From a virus (lineage: Duplodnaviria > Caudoviricetes): a DNA stretch of 64,000 nucleotides. The position numbers were made by a program, and so were the translations under genes. The notes under the pieces are model-generated. The model worked only from the letters and a program-made list of their open reading frames with translations, was not told the origin of the DNA and did not search any database. The stretch lies in the IMG/VR virus record IMGVR_UViG_3300044991_001466. One strand, 5' to 3'. Shown here in pieces: positions 19,988 through 30,061 of this stretch (its first letter is position 1; each line of letters opens with the position of its first letter).

Positions 19988-21369
19988 GCGACTTTGACGT
20001 AACCAAAAGTGAATTAGATAAGGTAGGTTGTGGTATGTGTTTAGCAAAATGGACACAAGTTACTATGCATTTACACAATGGAATGACACACTCATGTCAT
20101 CACCCTGTACCACATAAAATACCATTAAGTGAAATAAAAGAAAATCCAACAGCATTACACAATACCAAATATAAGAAATTGGCTCGTAAAGAAATGTTGG
20201 AAAATAAAAGACCTGGTGAATGTGACTATTGTTGGAATGTTGAAGATAATTCTAATTCATTTTCAGATAGAGTATTTAAATCAAATGAATCTTGGTCATT
20301 ACCACATTTAGAAGAAATTAAAGGATTAAATTGGAAAGCAAATTATAACCCAAAATATGTTGAGGTAAGTTTTTCAAATACATGTAATTTTAAATGTGCA
20401 TATTGTAGTCCAATGGCATCTTCAAAGTGGGTTGAAGAAATTGAAAAATTTGGTGGGTACCCGTTGTCATATAATTTTAACAATTTAGAGTGGTTAAAAG
20501 AAACTGGTCAGTTACCATATAAACAAACAGAATACAATCCGTATGTGGAATCTTTTTGGAATTGGTGGCCTGAATTGTATAGAGACTTACATACATTTAG
20601 AATAACGGGTGGTGAACCATTGTTAGCTAAAGATACTTGGAAGGTATTAGATTTTATTGCTGAGACACCCGAACCAAACAGAAAACTAAATTTATCTATT
20701 AATACCAATTTAGGTGTACCAAAAAACTTGATTAATGAGTTTGTTAAAAAGGCTAAGAAGATAATTGAGGAAGATAGGGTTAACGAATTTATTATATTCA
20801 CATCATGTGAAACATGGGGAGAACAAGCTGAGTACATTAGATTTGGTTTGAACTTTAATCAATTCTTAGAAAACGTTGAATACATTCTACAAGAGTTACC
20901 TAAAGTGACTATCAACATTATGTCTACATTCAATGCCTTATCACCATTTGGTTATGATAAGTTAATTGATAAGGTACAAGAACTAAAAGAAAAGTACCAA
21001 AATAAAGAAAGATATTGGAATTCGGCAATTCAATTAGATACTGCTTATTTAAGATGGCCACCACATTTATCCGTTAAAATTCTGGATAGAGAACATAAGG
21101 ATTTAATCTTAGAGTCAGCTAAAAAGGCATTCTATTATGCAACACCAAAATTCACAAACGATTACTTTGGATTTTCAGATACCGAAGTTCAAAAGATTAA
21201 AAGACTTTATGATTTTGCAATATCTGATGATGGATTTGAAGTTGAAAAGAACAGATTAGATTTTGTTAAATTTGTTGATGAATATGACATAAGAAAGGGT
21301 ACGAATTTTTTAAATACATTCCCACAATTAGAAAACTTTTATAATGAAATTAGAAATAAAAAAAGGTGA
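19984..21369 (+). CDS. Radical SAM protein with N-terminal twitch-like Cys cluster
   Basis: CNFKCAYC (CxxxCxxC), ITGGEPLL; N-terminal C.AKW...SCHH...CDYCW. Confidence 0.9.
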   Translation: MSDFDVTKSELDKVGCGMCLAKWTQVTMHLHNGMTHSCHHPVPHKIPLSEIKENPTALHNTKYKKLARKEMLENKRPGECDYCWNVEDNSNSFSDRVFKSNESWSLPHLEEIKGLNWKANYNPKYVEVSFSNTCNFKCAYCSPMASSKWVEEIEKFGGYPLSYNFNNLEWLKETGQLPYKQTEYNPYVESFWNWWPELYRDLHTFRITGGEPLLAKDTWKVLDFIAETPEPNRKLNLSINTNLGVPKNLINEFVKKAKKIIEEDRVNEFIIFTSCETWGEQAEYIRFGLNFNQFLENVEYILQELPKVTINIMSTFNALSPFGYDKLIDKVQELKEKYQNKERYWNSAIQLDTAYLRWPPHLSVKILDREHKDLILESAKKAFYYATPKFTNDYFGFSDTEVQKIKRLYDFAISDDGFEVEKNRLDFVKFVDEYDIRKGTNFLNTFPQLENFYNEIRNKKR

Positions 21370-21931
21370 ACCATGGGTCATGTGGCCCGACCTATTAGTG
21401 GGTAATTTTAACAATTTTCCTGCTAATAAAATTTTTGACCACAAGGGTGACTATGTTTTTACAATCGAGTTTGAATTGGTTGAACAAATCACCGATAAAG
21501 TGTGTTTATTCTCAAAATTACCGTCATATTTGGGGGTTGATTTAAGAAATGGAGGGATTACCTTCACTTATTCACAAAAGGATAAGGAGACGGATTATAT
21601 TGACGCCAATTACAACTGGTTGGTTGGTAAGAAATATGAATTGAAAATTGAAAAGAAAGAAAAAAATGTTATATTAACAATAGACAAGTTTCAAATTTTT
21701 AATTTTAAAATTGAAAACGATTTAAAAGAAGATTCTGACTCACATATTATATTTGGGGCAGGTAATTTTCCTAAAAATGGGTTTAATTTAAATTATTTTA
21801 ACGTTATATTATACAGTATTAAAATAGTAAAAGATGGTGAAGTAATTTCACATAATGACTTTGAAAAATTCATACACGGAAAAAGTTATGATATAACCGG
21901 TAACTGTAATTTTATTCACAAAATAATATAA
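21344..21931 (+). CDS. Stand-alone LamG-like beta-sandwich protein
   Basis: FTIEFEL, YELKIEK, LTIDK, IIFGAGN pattern, similar to the GT7 inserts. Confidence 0.45.
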   Translation: MKLEIKKGEPWVMWPDLLVGNFNNFPANKIFDHKGDYVFTIEFELVEQITDKVCLFSKLPSYLGVDLRNGGITFTYSQKDKETDYIDANYNWLVGKKYELKIEKKEKNVILTIDKFQIFNFKIENDLKEDSDSHIIFGAGNFPKNGFNLNYFNVILYSIKIVKDGEVISHNDFEKFIHGKSYDITGNCNFIHKII

Positions 21932-21935
21932 AAAT

Positions 21936-23381
21936 ATGTCAGAAGAATTAAGAGAATGGAGAGAAAAACACTTAAACTCAATTAGTTGTAGTTTTTGTGC
22001 CGCAAAATGGTATAATGCAAGTCTCCATTTAGGTCATGGATTTACAAACTCATGTCACCTACCGTTACCACATCCTATTGATTTAGAAGAGATTAAAACA
22101 AACCCTTCTGCGCTTCATAATACCCAACACAAAAAGGAAATGCGTAGAATGATGTTAACGGGAGTAAAACCCGCTGAATGTTCGTATTGTTGGAAAATTG
22201 AAGATATTGGTAGAGGTAATATTTCTGATAGAGTTTACAAAAGTCAAATCTATAAAGATGAAGACATTGCAGCATTAAAAGACATTCCTTGGGATCAAGA
22301 CATTCCATTAAAAACGGTTGAGGTTAGTTTTGACCGTATATGTAATTTTGCTTGCAGTTACTGTAATTCCGGTTACAGTACAACTTGGGGTAAAGACATT
22401 AGAAATAATGGGGCATATCAAAAGTTTAAAACCAGTAGTGCCGGCGCATATTACGCTGATGGTTCTTGGTCTGAAGTATATGGAAAATATGGTGAAGATA
22501 ATCCATATGTAAAAGCGTTCTTAGATTGGTGGCCTGAATTGTCACAAACATTAGAAGAGATTAGAATTACTGGTGGTGAACCATCACAAAGTCATAATTT
22601 TTGGCAGTTCATGGAGTTAATGAAAAAACATCCATCTAAAAATTTAAGACTTGCAATTAACTCTAACTTAGGTTTAAACGAAGCTACCGTTCAAAAATTA
22701 ATTGACATCACCAAAGAAGTGGAGGTTAAAGAGTTTGACATTTATACGAGTAATGAATCATATGGTAAACATGCTGAATACATTAGAGATGGTTTGAAAT
22801 ATGATATTTGGAGAAATAATGTGGTTAAAGTTATTGAAAACGCTAACATTAGACAACTTGTTATAATGATGACCATTAATAGTTTATGTCTTTTTAGTAT
22901 CACTGAATTTTTAGATGATATGTTAGAAATTAAAGGTAAATATGGTGCACATAAATTGATTGTTGATTTTAATATATTAAGATGGCCAGCCTTTATGTCA
23001 CCATTAACATTACCCGATGATATTAAACATGATTTACACGGTAAGTTATCAATGTGGTGGAGAAAACATAAATCTAATAAGTTAATTAATATGCATGAAG
23101 GTGCACAAATACAAAGACTGATAGATTATATTGAAGTGGTAAATAGAGGTCACAATACGACTGAAATGGATAAGAGTTTACAATACCATGATTTTAAAAG
23201 TTTTTATAATCAATATGATATCCGTAGAAATAAAAACTTCAATGAAACATTCCCTGAACTATCTGAATGGTATGATTCTTTAGAAATTGATATGACAATA
23301 CCTGATGTAAGAGTTACCGACGGTAGAATAACACATTATGAGGCTGGCGAATACGAGTCTGATATTAAAAATAATAATTAA
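21936..23381 (+). CDS. Radical SAM protein with N-terminal twitch-like Cys cluster (paralogue of 19984)
   Basis: CNFACSYC, ITGGEPS; N-terminal CAAKW...SCHLP...CSYCW. Confidence 0.9.
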   Translation: MSEELREWREKHLNSISCSFCAAKWYNASLHLGHGFTNSCHLPLPHPIDLEEIKTNPSALHNTQHKKEMRRMMLTGVKPAECSYCWKIEDIGRGNISDRVYKSQIYKDEDIAALKDIPWDQDIPLKTVEVSFDRICNFACSYCNSGYSTTWGKDIRNNGAYQKFKTSSAGAYYADGSWSEVYGKYGEDNPYVKAFLDWWPELSQTLEEIRITGGEPSQSHNFWQFMELMKKHPSKNLRLAINSNLGLNEATVQKLIDITKEVEVKEFDIYTSNESYGKHAEYIRDGLKYDIWRNNVVKVIENANIRQLVIMMTINSLCLFSITEFLDDMLEIKGKYGAHKLIVDFNILRWPAFMSPLTLPDDIKHDLHGKLSMWWRKHKSNKLINMHEGAQIQRLIDYIEVVNRGHNTTEMDKSLQYHDFKSFYNQYDIRRNKNFNETFPELSEWYDSLEIDMTIPDVRVTDGRITHYEAGEYESDIKNNN

Positions 23382-23383
23382 TA

Positions 23384-24664
23384 ATGAATTTCTTATTTGA
23401 AGATTTTGATAATTGGGGAAATTTAATTTCATGTGAAGATGTAAATCCGTCTGGAATAAAAAGATTTACAAGGTCACCACTATTAAATGCTGCTAGTATT
23501 TACCATTCATTTAATAAATTGGATAACTTTATTCAATATAAAAATTCAGATGAAAATGTTGACGGTTACTACATCATATCTTTAGGTGTTAATCACAGCC
23601 CTGAAGATTGGACTGGATATAACTCAAACAAAAAAAGTCTATTCTCATATATTAGTGAGAAATATTTAACCGATATTAAAATAGGTAAAGCATTCTTACT
23701 GATTGACCAAAGTTTTGAAGGTTATCAATCTTCTTGGTTATGGGATTGGTTTCATACAGAATGTAGTATATTCGACATACCACCTAAACAAATTATATAT
23801 GTAACGGGTAATATGATTGTTGATGTGTTCTATAATGATTGGGCAAACACTAATAACATTTCTGAACGAATTAAAGTTGTTGGTTATTCTCATTTTGAAT
23901 TAGATATGGCAATGGAGTGTTATCGAAAAGGTGAGACTGAAAATCCATTACACACTTTTAATGAAAATTTAAATTATAAGATTGATAATGTTGATAAAAT
24001 AAAAACATACGCGTGTTTAAACAAAAGATTAAGAAATCATAGAATATGGTTTTATAAATATCTATACCATTCAGGTCTATTGGAAAAAGGGTTGGTTAGT
24101 ATGAATAAGTTTGGGGAATACAATCATTATTTCGAAGGTAAAGAAATGAGTAAGTTAGAAGTTTCAATTATTACTAAAAACTTACCTTTATTGGTTTATG
24201 ATAAACGTAATGATGAACTTGACGATAATTTTTACATTAGAAGATTTAATGATGAAGTTTGTTTAGATACCTATATGACAGTTATCAGCGAAGCTCAATG
24301 TAATGATAGTGATAACACCATGTTTTTAAGTGAAAAAACATTTAAAGTCATTGCTTGTAGACATCCTTTTATTATCATGGGAAATAAAGATAGTATGAGA
24401 ATGATGAGGGAAATTGGTTATAAAACATTTGATGGTTTTATAGATGAAGGATATGATAATTTACCGGCACATGATAGATTACAATATATTGTTGAATCTA
24501 TAAGAAAGGTGGATAACATTAAAGATAAAATTGAATGGTATAAGTCAATGGAAGATATTTTGGAATACAACTATAATACACTGATAAATAAACTATATAA
24601 AATACCTAAAGAGTTTAACGATATTCGTAAATATTGTCAAACTATATATAAAAAAATGTTATAA
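23384..24664 (+). CDS. 'TEK-family' putative glycosyltransferase (GT10-like C-terminus), paralogue 1
   Basis: LNKRLRNHR, VISE, FLSEKTFK...HPFIIMG, GYKTFDGFIDEGYD. Confidence 0.55.
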   Translation: MNFLFEDFDNWGNLISCEDVNPSGIKRFTRSPLLNAASIYHSFNKLDNFIQYKNSDENVDGYYIISLGVNHSPEDWTGYNSNKKSLFSYISEKYLTDIKIGKAFLLIDQSFEGYQSSWLWDWFHTECSIFDIPPKQIIYVTGNMIVDVFYNDWANTNNISERIKVVGYSHFELDMAMECYRKGETENPLHTFNENLNYKIDNVDKIKTYACLNKRLRNHRIWFYKYLYHSGLLEKGLVSMNKFGEYNHYFEGKEMSKLEVSIITKNLPLLVYDKRNDELDDNFYIRRFNDEVCLDTYMTVISEAQCNDSDNTMFLSEKTFKVIACRHPFIIMGNKDSMRMMREIGYKTFDGFIDEGYDNLPAHDRLQYIVESIRKVDNIKDKIEWYKSMEDILEYNYNTLINKLYKIPKEFNDIRKYCQTIYKKML

Positions 24665-24665
24665 A

Positions 24666-25643
24666 ATGTACGATTGGTATAAATGGAAATTAATTGATAA
24701 ATTACAAAAAAATTCCAAAGCAATTATTGGAATTGGAGATAGCTTTACTCAAGGTCAGGGCGCATGTTCTATTGAGTTATGGAAAAAACATAATTGGGAT
24801 TTAGGTGGTGTTGGAATTAAAGATGAAAGAGAGTTACTCACATCTTTTTATGAAAATTCTTGGGTTAATAAATTATGTACAAATCATTTTACTGACCACA
24901 TACCAATTAATTTAGGTATGGTTGGAAGGGGTAATAGAGGTGCGGTAAAAGAACTTTATTTACATCCAGAACTTAATTTAGAATCTATAGAAGAAAAGAT
25001 AGTAATTTTCATGTTAACAGGTATTGAACGATTTGATTTTATACATAAAAATTTACATGAACATATTCATTTTTTAACAATTTGGCCAGACCCAATGGCA
25101 CAAGGAGACCACTCCAAATTATGGACAGAATATTACGAATCAATTTGGAGTGATAAATTTGGTATAATTGAAATGTTATTGAGTATAGCCGAAGCCAAAA
25201 CATGGTGTAAAGCCCATAATGCTAAATTATATTTAATAAGCGCATTTAGACCTGAATATGAAAGACAACCATTTATAAGAGGAATTATGGGTGATATTGA
25301 TGATGAATCAAATTATCTATATAAACAAACTGAATATATAAAAAGTTTAGTTGATATTATTGATTGGAAAAAATTTATTAGACCAAATGGATTTAAGTGT
25401 GTTAGTGATTTTCTTTGTTCATTAGAAAATAGAGATGATTTAATTGAAGAAATTGGGTCTGCAAAGTATTATGAATTTGCTGGAAAAATTAAAAAATTTA
25501 GTCCTAAAGGATATGTTACAAATTGTGCGCATCCATCTCAAAAAGGACACGAAGCAATTGCAAAATCAATATATGAATCAATCATTGAAGATTTAAATAA
25601 AGAAGAAGAAATAATAACAAATAAAACAAAAAATTTAATATAA
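24666..25643 (+). CDS. SGNH/GDSL-like hydrolase or acyltransferase
   Basis: Block I IGIGDSFTQG; block V CAHPSQKGH. Confidence 0.65.
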   Translation: MYDWYKWKLIDKLQKNSKAIIGIGDSFTQGQGACSIELWKKHNWDLGGVGIKDERELLTSFYENSWVNKLCTNHFTDHIPINLGMVGRGNRGAVKELYLHPELNLESIEEKIVIFMLTGIERFDFIHKNLHEHIHFLTIWPDPMAQGDHSKLWTEYYESIWSDKFGIIEMLLSIAEAKTWCKAHNAKLYLISAFRPEYERQPFIRGIMGDIDDESNYLYKQTEYIKSLVDIIDWKKFIRPNGFKCVSDFLCSLENRDDLIEEIGSAKYYEFAGKIKKFSPKGYVTNCAHPSQKGHEAIAKSIYESIIEDLNKEEEIITNKTKNLI

Positions 25644-26081
25644 ATGGAACAAAGAAGATTTTTACCAACGTTATCGGAATTAATAGATAGATTATCTATT
25701 GTGCAATTAAAAGAAGTTTTTATAACTGACCATAAAAAAGAATATGCACAAGAAATATCAGACATCACACATGACATTCAATTAATACTTGAAGAGAAAG
25801 ATGTTGTTATTACTGGTGAAATGTTAAGAGCGGTTATTGTTTGTTCTCAGATGAATTTACATATTTGGCATAACGAATCTAATGTAAGAAGTGGTAAAGA
25901 AGGTCCAAGTAAATTGGCGTTAACTCATGGTCTTAATGGTATAAGAAATACCGCCAAAAACAAAATTCAAGAAGTAGTTGGCGGTAGAAAAGACTATAAG
26001 ATTGATTGTATAGCCGCAGATTTTAAAGATTGGGAAATTAGTTGGAATAATACAACTCAGGATACTCAACAACAAGGTTAA
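25644..26081 (+). CDS. Hypothetical helical protein (DUF6165-like N-terminus)
   Basis: LSELIDRLSIVQLK motif; its 3' end overlaps the convergent gene by 44 nt. Confidence 0.55.
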   Translation: MEQRRFLPTLSELIDRLSIVQLKEVFITDHKKEYAQEISDITHDIQLILEEKDVVITGEMLRAVIVCSQMNLHIWHNESNVRSGKEGPSKLALTHGLNGIRNTAKNKIQEVVGGRKDYKIDCIAADFKDWEISWNNTTQDTQQQG

Positions 26082-26586
26082 TACCACCTTTTTCATACGC
26101 ATTCCTATAAACATCTTCGATTGTGTCCCACTTGGTTAAATCATAGATACCAATGTTGGGACACATTGATTTAAATTCGTTAATATAGTTTCCTCTATGT
26201 TGATGACCAGGGTCTAACGGTTTATCTGAACCTTTACCTAATCGTATAATCATATTTGGATTCCATTCTCCTTTACTCATCAACCCAATTTTATCAACGT
26301 GGTTGATTAATTGATTTGCAGCACAAATAATAAAATCCCACCTTGGATAAAATGTAATTACAAATTTACCGGCCATTGCCATACCTAACGACATTCCCAT
26401 TTGAGATTCTTCCATAACCGGTAACTCAATCATTTTTTCTTTTGGTACATCACCTATAGTTGTACTCATAGGATTACCGTGCCAAAGGACTTGTTGACCA
26501 ATAAAAACTGTATCTTCTTGTTGACCAAGGTATGTCATTGAATTAGTTAGTGCGTCCTTATATGGGGTGTATTCTGGTTGACTCAT
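26038..26586 (-). CDS. TPP-enzyme beta subunit, pyrimidine-binding domain only (E1-beta/transketolase-like)
   Basis: FIGQQV, ELPVMEESQMGMSLGMAMAG, FIICAANQLINH, GHQH; 182 aa with no C-terminal domain. Confidence 0.8.
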   Translation of the reverse strand: MSQPEYTPYKDALTNSMTYLGQQEDTVFIGQQVLWHGNPMSTTIGDVPKEKMIELPVMEESQMGMSLGMAMAGKFVITFYPRWDFIICAANQLINHVDKIGLMSKGEWNPNMIIRLGKGSDKPLDPGHQHRGNYINEFKSMCPNIGIYDLTKWDTIEDVYRNAYEKGGINLVVEYPELYYSN

Positions 26587-27413
26587 TTTAAATCTTTTTC
26601 TATGTTTTCAATTATGTTTTTTGCAATTATTTCGTGACATTCTTTAGAAGGATGATGATCATCAGGTGGGGTCTTACCAAAATGTTCTGTATCAAATTTT
26701 ATTCTAAGATGTGAAAAATTATCTTGTAATTCTCTTATTGTTAAGTGTTCAATATCGTTATGTTTTAATTTAATAAATCTTTCATTTAAAAAATCGTCTT
26801 TTAATATGTCTGGAACTAAATTATCTTCCCACGCTAATATTCGGGTTTTAATACCCTTTCCTTCGTAAAACTTTAATTCTTTTTTTAATCTAGCAATTTG
26901 TTTTTGTGTGTGATCAACAATCCAATCATCAAAGGTCATATTGTTTTTATCCATCCAATTAAAAAATTTCTCACTATTCCAACCAATATCTTTACTGTGT
27001 GGCCAAACACTAGCATGTTCAATTACTCCCTGATCAATGAAATAAAATTTGTTTCTCCAAATTTGAGATAATTGAATTACAATGTAATCAAAATCATCAT
27101 AATCATATCTTTCAGTTGAAAGATGTTTATTAGCATCAATGTTATCTTTAAAGTTGAATATTGTTTGAAAAAAATCAAATGTTTCATCTTCACAACCACC
27201 GTTCATCTTTTTAAACACTTCAAATGTTTTAAAATGGTTTGCAATTAATCTTGGGTATCTTAAAGTATCTCTATATTTTCTGTGTGCGTCATTAACGCTT
27301 TTATCGTTATATGTATATTCATTTACTGGATAAACCAATCTATTTAATTCTGAATAAAAATATAATCCTTGACCCCATGTGAATGAACAACCCCCAAATA
27401 AAATTCCTTTCAT
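26583..27413 (-). CDS. SGNH/GDSL-like protein
   Basis: LFGGCSFTWGQG; DDHHPSKECHEIIA. Confidence 0.6.
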   Translation of the reverse strand: MKGILFGGCSFTWGQGLYFYSELNRLVYPVNEYTYNDKSVNDAHRKYRDTLRYPRLIANHFKTFEVFKKMNGGCEDETFDFFQTIFNFKDNIDANKHLSTERYDYDDFDYIVIQLSQIWRNKFYFIDQGVIEHASVWPHSKDIGWNSEKFFNWMDKNNMTFDDWIVDHTQKQIARLKKELKFYEGKGIKTRILAWEDNLVPDILKDDFLNERFIKLKHNDIEHLTIRELQDNFSHLRIKFDTEHFGKTPPDDHHPSKECHEIIAKNIIENIEKDLK

Positions 27414-27419
27414 GTTTTA

Positions 27420-28391
27420 TTAATTAAATTCTTCTTTATTTTCTATATACCAAATATACGCCAATTTAAGTCCAACCTCAAGGTTTGTTTTAGCTTCCCA
27501 ACCCAAATTTTCTTTAATTTTATTAGAATCTATTCTACGTGTTGGTATCATAGATGGTTTACCTTGTATGTATTCTGTAGGCGCTTCATAATCAACAATG
27601 TGTTTCATTTTTTCTAATACATCGTTTACCGAATAAACCTCGTTTGAACCTACATTATATACTTGAAACATTTCAGTTTCTTTTTCCATAACAATTTGTA
27701 ACGCTTCAACAAAATCTTCAATATAAAGTAAATCTCTTAATTCACTACCATCACCCCATACAGGAATTGGATTCATTTTATCTGCAACTTTACGAATGGT
27801 TGCCGGAGTTACGTGACATTTGTTAAAATCATACTTATCGTGAGGACCAAATAAATTCGCAGGTCTAATAACCGTACATTTCATTTTTACAGGTAGATAC
27901 TTACCATATAACTCACATTGAACTTCAGCATAACGTTTCATCCAACCAACAGGGAAGTAAACAGGGTAAGGTTCATTAAACAAGAAATCAGTCTCAACAA
28001 CGGGTTCATCACCTTTAGGTGGATAAACTGTGTTAGATGATAAGAAAATGTAATGTTGAACTTTATTTCTCCAACTGGCATCAATTAAGAAGTTATTCAT
28101 TGCGACATTTGGGGTAACATGAGCTAACGGGTCTACCACAGTGTCAACCGCGTTTGAAGTTGAAGCGGCTGCGTGAAAAACAACATTAACACCTTCAGTT
28201 GCCTCTCGACATCCTTGATATGTTTGTAAATCATGTTGAGTATATTCTACATTATCGTATTTAGTTCTAACACCACGTTTGTGTAAATTAACTCTTAAAT
28301 TTGTATATCCTTCCTTTATTAATCTTGCGGTTAAATTTTGACCTACTAATCCCGAACCACCAGTGATTAATATTTTAGAATTCTTATTCAT
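27420..28391 (-). CDS. Extended SDR, GDP-L-fucose-synthase-like, with non-canonical active site
   Basis: ITGGSGLVG; IRPANLFGPHD...HVTPATI; VWGDGSELRDLLYIED; the YxxxK motif reads VGWMK. Confidence 0.8.
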   Translation of the reverse strand: MNKNSKILITGGSGLVGQNLTARLIKEGYTNLRVNLHKRGVRTKYDNVEYTQHDLQTYQGCREATEGVNVVFHAAASTSNAVDTVVDPLAHVTPNVAMNNFLIDASWRNKVQHYIFLSSNTVYPPKGDEPVVETDFLFNEPYPVYFPVGWMKRYAEVQCELYGKYLPVKMKCTVIRPANLFGPHDKYDFNKCHVTPATIRKVADKMNPIPVWGDGSELRDLLYIEDFVEALQIVMEKETEMFQVYNVGSNEVYSVNDVLEKMKHIVDYEAPTEYIQGKPSMIPTRRIDSNKIKENLGWEAKTNLEVGLKLAYIWYIENKEEFN

Positions 28392-28414
28392 TGTTTTATT
28401 TTTAATTATGTTAT

Positions 28415-30061
28415 TTAATTTGCAACCCGACTTTTGTCAAAAAAATCTTTTTTATATATGAAATCGATAAATGTGAATCGTCTGAAATTATTTTTAACAG
28501 CCTCAACTGCATGTTCAGGATTGTTTTCAGTAAAGTCTAATATACAGAAATTATCGTTTATTGGTAAAACCGTTGTTTGTATTTTATTTTCCTCTATAAT
28601 TAATTGACCACCACCATCATTATAATCTTTTTCGTAAGATAAGTAAATCAATATCACACTAATTCTACCTTCATTTTTTCCATCTCTATGTTTTTCAATA
28701 AAATCACCATTCTCATATAAAGTAAAATTGGAAACATGGGACATATTACCAATATATTCTGGATATAATTTACCCATTAAATTCTCAGAAATCTTCTCAA
28801 AATATTCTTTTAATCTATCCAATGTGTAACTTGGTCCTTGACTTTCCCACCAACGTTGTCCAATCTTACGATTATTTTCAATAATATATTGTTCTCTTAA
28901 TGGTATTTCTTCTTCAGTAAGAAGTATTTTATAATTTTCCTGCGGGCTATAAATGTTATAATCTAAACGGTATTTGTAAATGTCCTTAGTTTCGGAAGAC
29001 TTAAATAATAAATCAATCTTTTCAAAGAATTCATCTTTGTTTGTTGTTAATTCATTTGTGTTGCCAACATAATAACCAGATTTTAAAAAATCATTAATAC
29101 TAACACTAATACCATCTACAGGTTCCAATTTACAATAATAAGAATAAACTTTATTTAGTCCATCTTTAAATGATGTTTTAGGAAATAATCCATATAGATT
29201 TTGTTTGGTGACATCCATTTGTCTTCTTAAATCACCGTTTGGTTTGCTTGGGTCCCAAATAATTTTAATTGTTTTATTACTAGAAAGAATTAAACTTTCC
29301 ACCATAGATTTAATAGTAATTTCTTCACCCGAACCAAAATTTACAATATCATTTATTTGTTTATCGTACATTTGATAAATTGCATCTGCAACATCTTCTC
29401 CATAAACAAAATCCCTAATCGGACTTCCATCACCCCAACATTCTATTGTATCGTCCGAGTGATAAACTTTTTTAACCGTACTAGATATTACGGTACCTCC
29501 GCCAGTAAAATCATCATATTCACCGTATATGTTTGCTGGTCTAATTATTGACCATTTTTTATATCCATATTGAACTTTATATGCTTCTAATAATAGTTCA
29601 CCCATCCTTTTAGACCATGATGGAAACCAATCATGTTCAGATGGTAATGTTTTCCACACATCATCCTCAACAAATTTCTCAGAAGGAGCGTAGACACCAA
29701 CAGAACTCATAAAAACTAACCAAATATCCATTTTTGAACATTGATTAATTAATTCAGTATTGATTTTAAATGAAGGATAAAGAAAATCTACCGGAGATTC
29801 TTTGGCCCTTATTGGTGACCCCTTAACACCAAACGCGTTTACAACAACATCTGGTTTATGTCTGTTTAATACATCTCTAATATTATTATCTACAGTTAAA
29901 TCTAAACATTCATATTTAAATTTATCTTCATGTTCGTAAAATATTTTAATTTGTATTGGTTTAATGTCAACGCCAACAACAATAAAATCTTCTTTTAAAA
30001 ATTTCTTTATTAAATAAGTTCCCACTAAACCAGAACATCCGGTTATTAATACTGTTTTCAT
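28415..30061 (-). CDS. Fusion: GDP-fucose-synthase-like SDR + 2OG-Fe(II) oxygenase
   Basis: ITGCSGLVG, PSWSK, RPANIYG, WGDGSPIRDFVY in the N-terminal part; C-terminal FTLYENGDFIEKHRDG...YLS...GGQL...HAVEAV...RFTF (HxD...H...R). Confidence 0.8.
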   Translation of the reverse strand: MKTVLITGCSGLVGTYLIKKFLKEDFIVVGVDIKPIQIKIFYEHEDKFKYECLDLTVDNNIRDVLNRHKPDVVVNAFGVKGSPIRAKESPVDFLYPSFKINTELINQCSKMDIWLVFMSSVGVYAPSEKFVEDDVWKTLPSEHDWFPSWSKRMGELLLEAYKVQYGYKKWSIIRPANIYGEYDDFTGGGTVISSTVKKVYHSDDTIECWGDGSPIRDFVYGEDVADAIYQMYDKQINDIVNFGSGEEITIKSMVESLILSSNKTIKIIWDPSKPNGDLRRQMDVTKQNLYGLFPKTSFKDGLNKVYSYYCKLEPVDGISVSINDFLKSGYYVGNTNELTTNKDEFFEKIDLLFKSSETKDIYKYRLDYNIYSPQENYKILLTEEEIPLREQYIIENNRKIGQRWWESQGPSYTLDRLKEYFEKISENLMGKLYPEYIGNMSHVSNFTLYENGDFIEKHRDGKNEGRISVILIYLSYEKDYNDGGGQLIIEENKIQTTVLPINDNFCILDFTENNPEHAVEAVKNNFRRFTFIDFIYKKDFFDKSRVAN

